The position numbers were made by a program, and so were the translations under genes. DNA of 49,646 bases, counting the filler, from Bipalium vagum (taxonomy: Eukaryota): the NCBI GenBank assembly GCA_037834085.1. It is 2 parts of 2 records of this genome, joined end to end, with 100 filler letters (N's around TTAATTAATTAA, not from the genome) between each part and the next. Parts side by side here need not be neighbours in the genome. Positions count along the whole stretch, not along the records: positions 19,640 to 49,646 come from JBBMKC010008584.1; 1 more part is not named here. The stretch is one strand, 5' to 3'. The notes beneath the pieces are model-generated. The model did no database searches, had not been told where the DNA came from, and saw only the letters and a list, made by a program, of their open reading frames with translations. Numbering within the stretch: position 1 is the first letter of the stretch; each line of letters opens with the position of its first letter. Positions 22,141-36,768 of this stretch are shown piece by piece.

Positions 22141-25100
22141 TTAACTCATCATGATTTTTCTAATCGAATTGTGTAAAATAGTATCCTTCATAGCCATAAA
22201 CACTTTCTCGATATTATTCTTATCGACTGCTGTCGTAAAATGTCGATATATTGTACGTCTGGGAATCGCGATCGGATGATCTGCCATAGGTTTATTCCCC
22301 ACTAAAGACACCGATCTGTGATAACTGGCACTCTTCGTATTGCCACAAGGATTGTCAATCAACTTGATAAAACAATCAACAATAAATGATTGAACATCAG
22401 AGAGATCAAAAGGGTTTGAGAATTGGGAAAATTCTGGAAAGTCTTTCCTTATATTCGTTTTGTCCGATTGAATTTTTTCTATCAATAAGTCGGTTTTGTT
22501 GAAGAAAAGAATAACCGATACACGGAGAAAGGCATTCTGATTAATTAATTCTTCAAATACAAACATCGCCTCTCGAAGTTTATTACGGCATTGTAGCGTG
22601 AACTTATCAAAATATTCTTCATCGAAATGACTACAAGCAATAAGAAACAATACGGACTTCATATCTTGGAACAATTGACACCACTTTCGACGCTCTTTTG
22701 TTTGCCCACCAACGTCTATAAAAACCAAAGTCGTTTCTTTAGAGACCTCGATTTCTGTTTCAAGTATCGATTCTGTTGGTTTCCTTGTCCAAACAATGTC
22801 TTCATTTGAAGGGCAATAGTCCTATATATACAAATTAAGCATCTTTGTCATATTGCGTGCCTATCATAGAACTCGGTGGTGTGAACAGAATATCTTTGAA
22901 TATTGATTATTATTATCTTATTTCGAGATACAATATAATAAAATGATAAAAATTTTCAAATAAAGTTATTATTTCAATTAAGACCTTCTCCAATTTTCTT
23001 GACCTACTTAAATTTTTTTCCAGACATCAAAAAGTAATAACAAAAATCTGTCATTTTGAGAGGTAATAATCAGTGAAATCATAAATTTTGCGCATTTTGA
23101 AATATTTATAGTGGAATGACAAAAATTTAGTTTAAGATTCAGATTACAAATGATCGATTATCCAAAACAGGAATAAAGCAAATAGACCGAGTTTCAGCAT
23201 AACATTATAGGGACTTATAATCATCACGGAATTTTTAAAATTTAAATTACAGGAATTTAAAATTTTAGTATTAAAATAAAAATTTATATTTAAAATTTAA
23301 GGGAAATTAATAATTTTTTGACTTTAAAATTAATGTAAAATATATAAATGTAAAAGTGCACCAATAGAAATTAAAACTAAATAAACAAACAATCTTGAAT
23401 TCTTATTAGCATACTATTAATTAGAAGATTTATTTCCTCTTGAGGTATGCTATTTGACTTTTAAATTAAAACTGACTTTTTAATTCATTCAAAGTTCTAG
23501 GAGTACCAAGAGAAGACTGTAGCTGTATACCCATGTTCAATAGGAGATAAATCTGATGAATAAGCTAACCAAGTTATTTTTTTTATGTCTGATTATTGCA
23601 AATATTTTGATGTTATACTGACGATATGCCATCTCACATTTTCTGATTTTTTATACTGAGAATTTCATTGATATTAATATATCGAAGAGCATTCAAATTA
23701 TTTCTGATAAATACAAAGTGACTGAAATCCAAAGCATTTGGTACTTAATACCATAATTCCAGGTATAATGCATAAGTATATCAAACCAAAATTACAGTAC
23801 AATACTCATGACTAAAATAATGGTCGTCCATGTTTGGCAAAAAATTTCAGTATCTGTATTGTCATCAAAATCGAGAAATGTAGTGTCGTATAAATTGTTT
23901 ATAACATTTTACAGATCCGATGTTCTGTGTTTCCCATCCATTGTCAGATACCCGTGATTTAAGAATCGAACAAAAGTTTTCGATCGGTATACATTGTGAA
24001 TGGTTAGGTGGATACTCCAATTTATTAACATAATATATATTCTGATGCTGTAACAGATCATTTGTTCCTTTCGTATAGTGAGCAGGAGCCAAGATCAGTC
24101 AGAATCTTAATTCGAAAGTCTACTCATAAGAAACTAAAGTTGACTTAACACATACACATAGATAAAGCTTGTCGGTCACGCTATTCAACCACTTTCCATA
24201 CATTTCTAGTAGTTATTTTTGGTGCTCATGTTTGAAGAACATTAAATATCATTCTTCAAGATAGACAATGCAATTTGAAGTGATGATTAACAGTAAAAGA
24301 TTTAGGTTTGTCAGAATGCCATTGAAAAAATTGTAAAATTTCTTTTTGTCGTGCTTCTTTACTTATTCCATCATTTATAAAGCATAAATACCAAAAATAT
24401 GTAAATACTCTCCTCCACATGACTACAAAAATATTAAGTCTATTAAGTTGAGACACATAAATACAAAGTTCAGACAAAATCCATGCACTCTTCTAGAATC
24501 TTGATTCATCACTAAATTCGTAACTTCAATATTGTCTTTCTTGAAATAAGTCAAGTCTTGCAGTTTAATGATGCGATATAAATGATAAACACCGCTTTGG
24601 ACAGTGTGAGCACAGAGAAACACTACTCAGTATTATGTGTACTGCTGAGTGACACCTTTTTTCAGAACTTTATTTTTCAATTTGTCAATTGTATGGTCAC
24701 ATAAATCTGTGTCTACAGGTTGAAAATGAATTTGTCTGTATTTACGTTCGATGTTGCTTCAAAGTGTTTCACTGCCACTAAGGATGTCTATGATTTCTTC
24801 ACACAAGTCATTCAATACTAGAATTTTGTACTAAAATTCAGATTAGTTATTAAAAACTTAGATTCTGCATATAAAACTTATTGATATTGTTTATACTTAT
24901 CTAGTTAATGAACAATCATTTTCAAGAAAATGTAAAATTTTCCATTTCTATTATAATTATATTTCTTTTCTATAATTTCTATTCAAATTATATTTTTGAT
25001 TGAAGAATTTTTCATCATTTACTTTATTGCATTTTTAATAGATTTTCAGTAAGAGGATTATTTATAAAAGCTTATATGAATCGTAGTTAACAGTGATAAT

Positions 25101-28100
25101 TCTGTATTTGTGGCTAGAAATTATTTAACCTTAAAATCAACACACAAAAAAGTTGAATTTTACCAAAAACGGCTTTTTCAAATGATTTTATGAATTGGAT
25201 TTTGGTCAAAAAAACTAAAATACAAAGTTTAAAGTTCATCATAATAAAAATAAGTTTCAAAACTACTGCATTTCGTTACAAGGAAGTTAATATAATTTTC
25301 TAATAGTAAACATTGATTTTTTCCATTTTAAAATATATTTTGACTTAATTTAAAGTAAAATAAAATTTAACATCTATTCACTTCTCAATTGATAATTTTA
25401 TAAACCTTTATTTCGACATGTTTGATTAAAAATTATTATATTTATGGTCGGAAGATGATTAAGCTTGACTTACAACTTCATATTCAGAAATATTTTATTT
25501 TTTCCTTTTGGTACTAAGTTTTAATTAAGTTGATGTCATATTTATTATTTTAAAAGAAGAATCCTTAGACATTTTTTATTTTCAATAAATTTTTATAAGT
25601 AAAATAATCATAATCATATATTTAATTAAATTTTATTTGCATTGATTTTTATTCTTCTGGAAGATTTAAGTTATTTTTAGTGAATCTTTCACATCTTATT
25701 GTTTCGCACTGCACACAGAAAAAATAAAAAAAATCACCTTTTCCAAATATTTTTAATTAATATTTACGAAATTAACTGAATCAATTAACAATCAATATTT
25801 GTGGCCTTTTAACGTTCTCAAAAATTTATTAATGAGGTATGATCACTATATTTATTTTTGCATTCTTTCAGGCGTGGTACAAATTACATTGTGAATTGTT
25901 TCTTATGGAATAGAAATCCACTCATATCATTAACCTATTTGAAATCCTATTTACATGCATACCTTGTAATTATCTCTTAAACAGTGCCATACTTCCTCTC
26001 ACAAGTGCTCAATTGGGAACAGTTTGGGGATCTTGTGTGCTATGGAAGAACTGCAATTGTATCGAATTCCTAATTTATGAAGTCTGGTATTGTCCTTTTG
26101 TAATGTCAGATTATTCTTTTTAACAATTTTAAAAGGTCCGTTTTGATATTTCAATTATTTCTGATACATCCCGAAGGCTAATACCTGTCTCCAACAATCA
26201 CCATTTCTTGAATTCTAATATTTCCACCATATTCTTAACTGATATGTGAATAAAAACTGAAATAAATTATTTTAACTTAATATAGATGTGGCCAAGTCAC
26301 TGAACATGCTATTTTTGTCTTTTTTGAGTTGATAGTTTCCTGTCAATATTCTTGTTTGCAAGTCAATAAAAATCATTTGACGTTACTGTTTCCGATAAAT
26401 ATCTAGGTAAGCATAAACTTCGTTTGGTTAAATTTTACAGTTTTTTCTTAGTCTCTATTGAAATAATAGCACCAAAAAATTAGGTAAATTGATTTACAGT
26501 CTGAATAGCAAATCAATTCCAGAAATATCAACAAAAGTAGGTTTTGTTAAGTCTACAGTCAATAATTTGCTTGTCTCGCTACAAGGCTACAGGTAGTTGA
26601 AAATATAAGAAACATAAGGGCCGATCACGTGCTAGTAGTATGCGTCATGTCCTTGCTCATTCATTTTCTAACAGTAATCACGTAAAGGATGCAGTAGATT
26701 ATATAGCAAGTACGCACATAATTCATTAGAGATTGGTGGATGAATTCAACTACAAGTCTCACCATGTTGAAAAGAAACCTTTACTAAAGCCATTTTAATT
26801 GAAGAAGACACTTCAATTCTTCAAGACCTATGCCTGAGCAGCAGTGCTAGGAAAAAATGTTTTGCGACGAATGTTCGTTTCAACAATTTGGCCTTGGATC
26901 CCTCCGTGTAAGACGCTTTCAAAATAAAAGATTCTGTCCACAAAACACATTTCCTACAGTGAAACATAGTCCTAAGGGAAAATTGGGATGTCTTAGTGCT
27001 GCTGGACATGACAATTTGGTATTTATACCTGATGGAAAGACAGTAAATGCTCAGATGTACCGCACCATACTTGAAGAAAGGCTTGAGGGACAATGCTGAT
27101 GCACAGATGTTACATATTTCAGTAAGACAGTGCCTTAAAATACCACTGGTACTGTGAAGAATTGGCTTAAAGAGAAGAAGATTAAACTATTGTACTGGCC
27201 TGGGAATTTCCCTGGACTGAATCCAATTGAAAATTTATGGCAATTCCTAAAGAAGGCACAACATCATGCACTAAGTAATCTACAATGCCTCTATTACTGG
27301 ATAGAGTGTGGGATAAGAAAGTGTCTGAAGATGTTTTCCACAATCTGGTCGTTTCCATGACGATCGCATTTAGAAAATATGCAAAGGACAGGTGCCTAAA
27401 TATTATTGGGTCGTAACGTGCTTGTAATAATAACAAAAATTTTCCGAGTGAAAGGTGTCTTTTGACTACAACTGTACATATAAATTAAACATTATTTTAT
27501 TTTCAAATTATAAAATTGACATATTTGATTACTTTTGACCTACCATTATGTTTTTTTAAAAAATAAACTTAGTTTAGTTTCGTAAATATTGCAGATGAAT
27601 ATGCTGTATGTTTCAAAATTTCATTTTATTTCAATAAGAATGGAGAAAATTTATAAAAAATCATGAATGGATAATATTTGAAGATAACTTAGAATATTAA
27701 AATTGATTTAAGATCAAATGAAAAGATCAAAACATATTAAAATAGTATTATACTAAATACATTGGTGGAAATATTTTTCTGACACTTAAAATTTTTGTGA
27801 TAAAAGAAAAAAAATATTTTTGAAAGTTGTTGATATTTATCGGTTTCACATGCTAAAAAGACACTCAATATATATATCTACATTTCAAAGACTTGTTTAA
27901 ATAATATCTATAAATCGAAAATTTTAAATGGAAACATTTCGCAAACAGTTTAAAAGGTTTCCTTTCTGCATTTTTGTCATTCATCTGGTAATCACTCACC
28001 TTACTTTTGTATCAATATATTGCTTTTTTATCAATAGTGGATCTTTAAACATTCAATGTTTGTGCCATTTTTCCCAAGCGTTTCGAAAGGATCTTCTTGA

Positions 28101-31100
28101 AGTAATGCTCTTAAGTATATATATTCAAACTTTTGGTTGGTCTGAACATTCTCTGTCTTGTACACTGTAGTCACCAGTCTTAAATCGATGAAAGCATTCT
28201 CTGCTTAAGATGGCAAATATTCGCCGTAAACTTGTAACAATAATCTAAAAGTTTCTGCTCCTAATTTCCTAAAATTGAAGCAAAATAATACTGCATTTTA
28301 CAAATAATCTTTTGTCCATTTATTTGCATTTCAGCCTAAATTAAAAATAAGTTAATCGATATTCATTTTAACAGATTCACTCAAATATTACATTTTAGTT
28401 GATAAATGTACATATTTGTAATATGCAATAAGTAAAAATGCAAAAATTAGAATTACTACATTTTTCCGTGAATTTTTATAAATTGAATTTAATAATTATT
28501 AGTGCCGTTAAAAGTCAGTAAAGTAAAAATGAGTAGATAAGATCATTTTATAGAGATATTTCGAAAAATAATAACAATTCTTATATCGAACCCCCTAAAG
28601 AGATTATAAAGTCAAAAATTCCATTTTAAGCTTTAAATGACGAATTTTAAATAATTTTAAATAGATGTTTTTTAAAATTTAAGTAATAATATCGTGATAG
28701 GTTTTATATTATTATTTATGAAATTATTCCCTTTCAGATATTATCTAGCATAACATTTAGCATTTTCAGTACTATTTATTGAATTAAAAATGCCGAAAGT
28801 TGCAATATGAACGCCTATAAATTGAAGAACATTGTACAAAAAGTTAAGGATGAATAATAACACCAGCAAATGCATTATTGTGCCAAATATGTGAGACAAC
28901 CGTTAAACATGAAAAAAATATTTTTCTTTGAAATTCATAGAAATAGCGTAAAACAGTTCGAATTTTCTTCAAATAATAAGGCAGAACAAACCTTTCTTCA
29001 GAATGAAACTAGATAATTTTACCGAAAATTTAGTAAATACATTTCTGTCAGCAGACATATCTCTAAAAAAATCCGAATTGAAAAAATTCAGGAATTATTC
29101 GTGAAGATTGGAAAACGTTTACCATCAGAAAGCACTTTTTAAAAGGTATCTGACTTAGCAGACAAAGAGAATCATCCTGTTAATGATATTGTGAGAAACA
29201 GGCAGATATTTTTAGAGATAGATGAAGTATCAGGCATGAATGTATTGATACGGACAAAGGATAACCCAAAAAAAAGTATTCTTGCACAGCATTAACTGGC
29301 AATGGTAATTCTCAGGTGATAATTCACATCAAGGCGTAACAGAGGTCAAAATTTTTAATATTTCTCCATCTGTTAGTGGAATTATAGACAACTATGAAGT
29401 CATACATTTATTCATTAGCATTTTAATAAAAGAACTTGAAAATCCTAAATAATAAATACGAAAATTTCAGTCAAGAGTAAAACATATTAGTGGTATTAAA
29501 TTTTCACACATGGGAGTTAAGAAATGTCTAAAATTTTTTCTCAATGTAAAAACTTCTATTATCAAAGAAAAACTTCATAGTGGGATGTAGTATTTCGAGT
29601 AAGTGGCTCAAGATGAATATGGAAGAATTAAAGCCGATGATATTTAGTGATGAATCAAAATCTATCATATCTTCAATGCGTAGGCTACTGTTAGGAGAAA
29701 ACCAGGAACTAGATTGAATTTCAAATTTGAAATGTTGCGTTTTCTCTTTACATACTTTAAATTAATCCATTACAAAAAGATGGGAACTGGTTCCCACACC
29801 TAATAAATATATTCAGGTTCATGCATATATTTAAAACAATTTCGTTTTAATTTTTAATGTAATCTTATAGATACTTTTACTCAGACAAATGAGAAGACAT
29901 CGAAATGAATTAGGAAAGACAATAAAAAACTTTCATTGATTTCTGATTGAGTGGTTGAAAATAAACAAAAATAAATTTTTTACCTTTTGATGATAACAGA
30001 ATAAAGGCCAGGTGTCAGAAAATTTTGTTTGTTTTTGCAAAATTTAAAAGAAATGAAAAAAATAATATCTGAAAGAAAATTCCTTTTCAACGTTTAAATT
30101 TAATTCCTCCAATTATTTCAAGGTATCTTTGTGTTCTAGTTAAAACGTGTTGTGTAGATCGGTGAAATTTTACAAATCACAACGTTATCTCTTAAAATGA
30201 ATAATATGAAATATGTTGGTAAAGGTAGACTAAAATAATCAATTAAATGATTTTTAAATTTATTGAACTATACTAAAAAGTAAATATTTGATTAACATGG
30301 ATAGTAAACTGTTTACTTAGCAATGTCGACAGCTCGGTACTGTTGTTTAAAAGTTATATTTATAGTAAAGTGTATTAGTACTGAAATTCGTGCAAAAATC
30401 AAAAGTTAATATTCCAGTATAATCAACTACTATTTGTATGGATAAAAAATTAAAACAGATTTATGGATGTTTTTTTAAGTAATACTTTTTTTTATTAGAA
30501 AATATGAAAAGTTAAAATCAATAAAGAAATAAATCATTCGTTAAATTTTGGAAAGTACCGAAGATAAGTAATTTTATTTAAAAGAAATTGTATTTTTCTC
30601 TTTAATTTAATCGTCAATGTTAATGTTTATTCAAAAATCAATCAGTAATGATTATAATAAACTTCAATTATTTATTTTATTGCTATAACTGAAGAAATTA
30701 CCTAATCTGTGTAGCAATATAGTGAAAAAAAAGATTGTGGAACATGCCGATATCCATAACTACAATTACCGAGAAAGAAATCTTAAGTCAATGAAAGTTG
30801 ATAAATAGGAATCCTTTGAATAAAACTAGTACATAGAATCTTTTCTTTAACACCATCAGTATATGATTAGATTAGAAAATTAATTTGAACAACTGGATTT
30901 TTAATCAAAGAGAAGATTGGACAGTTTTAAAATTGTAAAAGAATAACATACAAAGAATCTCAGTATCGCCAATAAATGATTTAATATCTTCAGTTAAAGA
31001 TGCAATCTTAGGGAAATTCGTTTCAATGAAATCTATGTTAAAGTTAGTCAATCAATATTAGTCAAACCATTTGAATAGTTTTATCAAATCAATATTAGAT

Positions 31101-31927
31101 TTTGACTTGACACTAATTGGTTTTGGCATAGCCTGATATGTCCTCAATATTTCCGATTAAACGTGAACAAAATCAAAAAAACATCCTCAAAATTCCACCA
31201 CTTTTCAAATAAACTGAGTTACCTCCGGTACTTTCAGACATGTAATAAAATAAATAGCAAGAATATTTTACCGCTGATCCTATTTCATCGATCTTGTTCA
31301 AATAAAATCGCGTATTTTCACTCTGAAATTTAAATTTATTTAATTAATCATTTTTAAGAAAAAAAATAACAAAATTTTCGGTGATCAATTCATTTCGTCT
31401 GAAAAATGATTGTTGAATACTTTGATCATTCCAAATAGATTTCAAATGAATCACTATTTGCAAAAATTCAGACTGTTTCCAAATGGGTTGCTTAGCAAGT
31501 TTCCTTTCTCTGTGAATTGGTTTCATCTGTTTAAAATACTGTTCTACAAAATCAGCCGATTCCATAAACTGTGGAGATTGCCACTCAATGTTCAATTGTT
31601 TTCTAGCCTTTGATAAAAGATAATAACAATCTAAATAAAAATCTTTACATCCAATAAGAATAGAATTCCTTTAAATATATTATCATAGATTACATCTTTA
31701 AAATTTTCAATTTCTTCATTTGTGAAACCAATGTCACAGACGATTTTCAGTTGCTTAACAAAAGTACTTTTACCACTTTCTCCTGTTCCAAGTAACAAAA
31801 TTTGCTGTTTCATTGAATTTTTTTTCCTTTCAATTTTAAGACTTTTATCAATCAGTTTGCTAAAGTATGTTTGTGATTTTAAGTCAATTTCTTTATATAT
31901 TTTTTTAGAATTAAAGCAACTGCACAT
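22141..31927 (-). CDS. GNA12: Heterotrimeric G protein alpha subunit, G12/13 class (concertina/gpa-12-like), 4 exons, ~415 aa
   Basis: Exons 31927-31649, 31607-31371, 31322-31272, 22821-22141 (all phase 0). Motifs: G1 LLLGTGESGKST, G2 TRKPT, G3 DVGGQ, G4 NKTD, G5 HFTTAVD. The C terminus MKDTILHNSIRKIMMS resembles G12/13 (VKDTIL..NL..IMLQ). Confidence 0.9.
23860..24400 (-). mobile_element. Degenerate Tc1/mariner of the DD37E type (intronic)
   Basis: (D)LAPAHY...YPPNHSQCIPIENF shows 37 residues between the frameshifted D and the E. N-terminal relic KEARQKEILQFF. Confidence 0.7.
26283..27474 (+). mobile_element. Degenerate Tc1-like (DD34E) transposon (intronic)
   Basis: FCDECSFQQF, TVKH, WLKEKKIKLLYWPGNFPGLNPIENLWQFLK. 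The right end is TTGACTACAACTG|TA, with a degenerate left match. Confidence 0.85.
27940..28330 (-). mobile_element. Mariner (Mos1-like) N-terminal HTH relic
   Basis: Minus strand AVLFCFNFRKLGAETFRLLLQVYGEYLPS followed by frameshifted RFK.GD..V.D.E and LL.EDP segments. Confidence 0.65.
29500..29725 (+). mobile_element. Short Tc1-like transposase relic
   Basis: IFSDESK motif at ~29639-29659, followed by VRRKPG. Confidence 0.5.
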
Positions 31928-32631
31928 CGTTCCGATTTACGATTAACGAATTTTATAAGAAATTAAACATAATTAAATTAAATTTTGACTAGAAAAAATT
32001 TCAAACTTTTGGAATTTAAAATTTAAACTTAAAAACATATTTTTAAAATTAAAACATTTAAAAAGTTTTTAATAAAAATTTATATTTTTATTGTTAAACT
32101 AACTTAATGATATTGTATTAATTTATAGTTCTAAATGGTTATAGTGTTGTTTCTTATATATAATCAATGTCTAAAAGAAATTTTACAAAGAATTGAGATC
32201 TATGATGATATTAATGCCAATTGTACACAAATTCTTTAGTATCCAGAGAACAAAAGATTTTGGAATTGACAACTTGCATAATATAAATATAGAAAACGAT
32301 CTAGAAGATTGTGGGATTCTATGATTTCACACCTGAGTGGGATCATGGTGAAGTACTTCAATGCCCAATTAGTTAAGATTGAGTCAATTATATTAATTGA
32401 TAATTAATTTCCAATTAATTAATTTACTATGTATTATTATTTTTTATTATGACTCAATGAGACCCTTGTTTAATCTTATATTACTTTTAATCTAATCCTC
32501 TTTACTTAATGAGCTCATTTCATTATTTATTTTTATTTACAATTAATTTTACTTGTTTTTAATATTTTATTCATTATATAAATCATCAAGAAGATATTAT
32601 TTAAAATAAAAATAAATCTATTCATTTACAC

Positions 32632-33420
32632 CAGTGCTTCTCAAACTTATTTTATCTGCTACTCCCTTTTTGAAAAATTTTTTATCGCCTCCTTAACATT
32701 TTTTCTATCAATAAACAAATTTTTATACTATAAACATATTAGACACATTGAAACTTAAAACTACGATCACCTTTAACGTCGAATGTTATTGAATTTCTTA
32801 TTATTTAACTTGAAAATAAAGTTATACATACCAATTATACATAACAATTGAAACTACTAGTCACTAGTGTGATGGATGCGCCTAATAAAGGTTTATAATT
32901 TTATTAATTTCTTATTTCTAGTTTGTCAAATATAATCGTAAGTTCAACTATGTCAAATCTATTCCTTTGTTTGGATAAAAATTCATAACTACACTAAATC
33001 CGCTTTCCACTAAATATGTTGACGAAAATGCTATTATTAACCTTTCTACGACCGACCATAATTCTAAATACAGTTTAGGTATTTTTTTCTGCAGCAAGAA
33101 ATTTTGGTAGCCACATATAAATTTAAGTTCTTCATTTGTTTTTATTTCCATCAACTCCTCTTGAAATATTAAAGATTTGTCTTTTTCTGTAACTAAAAAA
33201 AGGATTTAAAAGCTAATTCGGAATGTCAATTTTTAAAATATCTTGTTATCTTTCATTGAAATCCGAATGATGACAATAATTGATAATAACTTGATCAGTT
33301 ATTTCAACTTCTTATAAATTTGGAAAGTGCCTAAATTCTCTTCGACCCAATTTTTGTTTGTAAATCTGAATTTTTGCACCAAAGGAGAAATAACGCGTTT
33401 TGTTTGAATTAAATTCTGTT
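32632..33420 (-). mobile_element. hAT (Buster/Charlie-type) 3' fragment
   Basis: Terminus CAGTGCTTCTCAAACTT at 32632. Dimerisation-domain relic LWSVVERLIIAFSSTYLVESGFSVV. Confidence 0.8.
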
Positions 33421-33429
33421 TCTTCATGT

Positions 33430-34280
33430 AAAAATTCCATTTTCTTCAATTATAACTGAGTAATTATCCTTTTATCATAAAATAGGTCCACTAAATTAAA
33501 GTAAATGTTTCACTTGGGTTCTCATTTTTAAATTTAAATAATTTTACATCATCAAAGTATGGTTTTATTCATATTGGTATTGGGAGTCTAATTTTGGTAA
33601 ACTCTTTAAAATAAATGTTTTTATTATAATATTCAAAATCAGCATAAATCACAAATGGTATTTTATTTCTAAAATAATAGTTTTTAAGTTTAAAACAATC
33701 CTCTTCTGGAAATGTTGCTTTATCTTTTTTATATTCTTTACAATAATTAATATGTTCATTTAATACAATCAATCAATTGATTTATATGAATTTAAATATT
33801 TCATGCATAAATAATTTTTTGAAAATATATTCATATTAATACAAAATACTTAATGGATTTGATATAATATTAAATTTATTTGTCTCACTATGATTTGAGT
33901 TTGCTTTCCAATGTTCAGAATGAAGAGGAGAAATTGTTTCCTCATCATTTAATTCAAAAACTTTTACTTCAATATTATTTTGTATTAAATTTTTTAATAT
34001 GATCAAGCTTTAAAGGAAACTCAATATAACTTAAATTCAATTCATTTATATATCTATCATAATCATCTAATCTATCCGAATGATTTTAAAGTGGATGAAA
34101 ATTTTTTATCTATTATGTAGACTTCATCTATTATCATTATTTCTAATATTTACTACATATGAAGATCTTATTGGTAATCTTATATAACTTGAACCAACTA
34201 ATGATTAATATCCATTTAAGTCAATTCTAATTTCTTTAATATACTTAAACATCCAGCCAGAATCAATCAGTTCGTTTCCT
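33430..34280 (-). pseudogene. Second Polinton protein-primed PolB relic (N-terminal region)
   Basis: DSGWMFK...GSSYIRLP...VNIRN.D...HP...ELNLSYIEFPL...H..YC...KNYYFRNKIPFVIYADFE. Confidence 0.75.
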
Positions 34281-34689
34281 CATATTATATATATATTAAG
34301 TAGTCTATTTATTAAACATTATTATGTATTTAAGTTTTTTTATTATGTTTTAATTGTTATTATAAAATTTAATGTTTTTGAAAATTTAATAGATTAATAA
34401 TGGTAACTTCTTTTTTGCAACACCTTTTGGACTAAGGTAATTGATTTCAATTTGATAATGAATCGAACAAGTTCAATTGTCGAACAAGTTCATTGTCACT
34501 TTAAAATTCTTTTCAGATACATAAACAGAAAACACATAACTTAAGCACCAAAATCAAACCTATCTTATTAATTATATGATAATTAACAATAATATACCGT
34601 TTTTCAAAAATATAATAATTCATGAATATTTAAATACAATAAAATATATTTACACAATTTATAAAAGCAATTAAAAAATTTCTATTGAT

Positions 34690-35030
34690 ATTGCTTCTAT
34701 CAAATAACTATTTATATCTAAGAAATGCTTCGCATTTTCTTCAGTTACAATAGGAGATATTTGTATTTGTTCAAGAAATTCTCCTTTTGATTGGCAATTA
34801 CGACCTATAGATTCCTTCTATATACTAAATGTCTCCTCAATGGGGTTAAATAAGGAAAAATATGTAAGTAAACATAATAAAGTATGTCCATCTTCAATAA
34901 TATTTTAATTTACAATAGTTGCCTTGTAAAAATGAACATTATCATACACAAAATTCATATTTTCTAATTCTTTTCAGTTAATTTATTAAGAATTTCAGAG
35001 ATACATACAGGCTACTAGTTTTGTAAAACG
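34690..35030 (-). mobile_element. IS630/Tc1-like DDE C-terminal relic
   Basis: FVYDNVHFYK...GHTLLCLLTYFSLFNPIEETFS. Confidence 0.6.
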
Positions 35031-35077
35031 AGGATCAATATTTTAAGAGATTAAAAATCTACAAAATTGAAGTAATA

Positions 35078-35900
35078 TAAGGTGGCGCATTTAAAACGTT
35101 CGAAAGTAATGATTGATAACTTCATTCTAATACAGGCATATTTGTTTTAAGGTTTCATTTTGTTGTAAGTACAGTTTGAAAATTTAAATCATTATAATTA
35201 TGAATCCAGAAATCAAAATTAAAATAATTAAATTTTTTTATGAATTTCATTCTCCAATTTTGGTCCGGCTATCAGTCAGACGGGAATATAAATGGAAGAC
35301 ACAGAGTACAACAACCATTAGGCGTGTGATAAATCATTTCGAACGTGAGGGTAATGTTTATGTTATGCCAAGAAATAGAAATTGTCCCATTTGAATTGCT
35401 GACAACATCGCTGCAGTAACCGCGGCAATTGAAACAAATCCGAGATTATCAACACGCAGACTGTCTTGTCAACTTAATATCATTAGACGAAGTGTTCAAC
35501 GCATTTTAAATGATGATTTGCATTTATTTCCATACAAAATGCAAATAGTGAGTAAATTACAACAAACTGACTACCGTTTACGTCTCCAGTTCTGATCAGT
35601 ATGGTGGAAGAGGATGGGACCTTGTTAAACCGTTTGTTCATGTCTGATGAGGCACATTTTGATCTTAACGGAAATGTGAATAAAATTACATCCAGGTCGA
35701 GTAACGATATGGTGTGCAGTATCGTCAAAGTGTGTCATTGGTCCTTATTTCTTTGAAATGAAAGGCAAAAGTGCAAATGTCACTGAGGAGAGTTATTTGA
35801 TGATGTTACAGCAGTTTTTTGTGACAGAATTGCGTTGGCATCGTATATCTATTCGTTCGACATGGTTTCAACAAGATGGAGCAAAGGAGCTGGAACCGCA
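35078..35900 (+). mobile_element. Degenerate Tc1/mariner element (DUF4817-type HTH; rosa/DD41D-like)
   Basis: MNPEIKIKIIKFFYE...TIRRVINHFEREGNV, NPRLSTRRLS, FMSDEAHFDLNGNVNK, IGPYFFE, WFQQDGA. Confidence 0.8.
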
Positions 35901-36768
35901 ATAAATGGGCCAAGAGCTGATGGACAGTGATTCTCCACAGCTCATAATTGATATTTAACAATTGATTATTTTTGAGAATTTTGCATGAAAATGCATTCTT
36001 AGTCTTACTTTCTCTTTATATTTATGGAGTCCTTATGTAATTTTATATTTTATAAAAATAATGATATTTTAATTTATAAATTCGTTTTTAATTAAGATAA
36101 ATAAATAATTTAATAATAAATATAAATCATGGGTTGAAGTTAATTAAAACTTAACCCACAAAATTAACAAAAACAAAATTAATGAATAAGCATGATTCTA
36201 AAAATGAAATTTACTATAAATACATTAGTATGAGTGAGTATTAATATGCGAGTGGATATATTTAGTAAGTTCTATAATATAAGAACTTTCCTTAAATAAC
36301 AACAGTCCACAACAGTTCTATTGATGAAAAGTTTTATTTTAATCAATCCAGAGATCAGGAATGTAAAAATCAATTCACACTTAACTTCGTCTGAACAAGT
36401 TTAGCCAGTAATAAAAAAAAGGTAAATAAAATATGCTTTTGCTATCTTATAAATCGATCTCTTTTGAGTCAAGCAAATTAAATAATTAATACTTAACGGA
36501 TTCAGAGCAAATACTGTGCAATATGTTTTTTTAATTATATTCTCTATTTTCCGTTTTTTGTTCTCTTTGAAAATCAATTCTGCTTTGCCCTAGGTGACAG
36601 AATTCGTATTTTTGATACCAGGGCTTCTTCGATTAGCATAAAACTAAGAAGACTTTAATTAATATTATTGTTATAAGAAAGAGTTGTATTTGTTTTATAA
36701 AAAATATTTTTATAAAAACAAATCGTGTTATTTTTGTTGATCTTAGTTTGCATCTTAGAACACTTATT

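Noticed and set aside
28790-29160. Possible hAT/CGGBP-like transposase relic
   Set aside because: Only weak fragments (LCQIC, SADI) are visible; too degraded to support.
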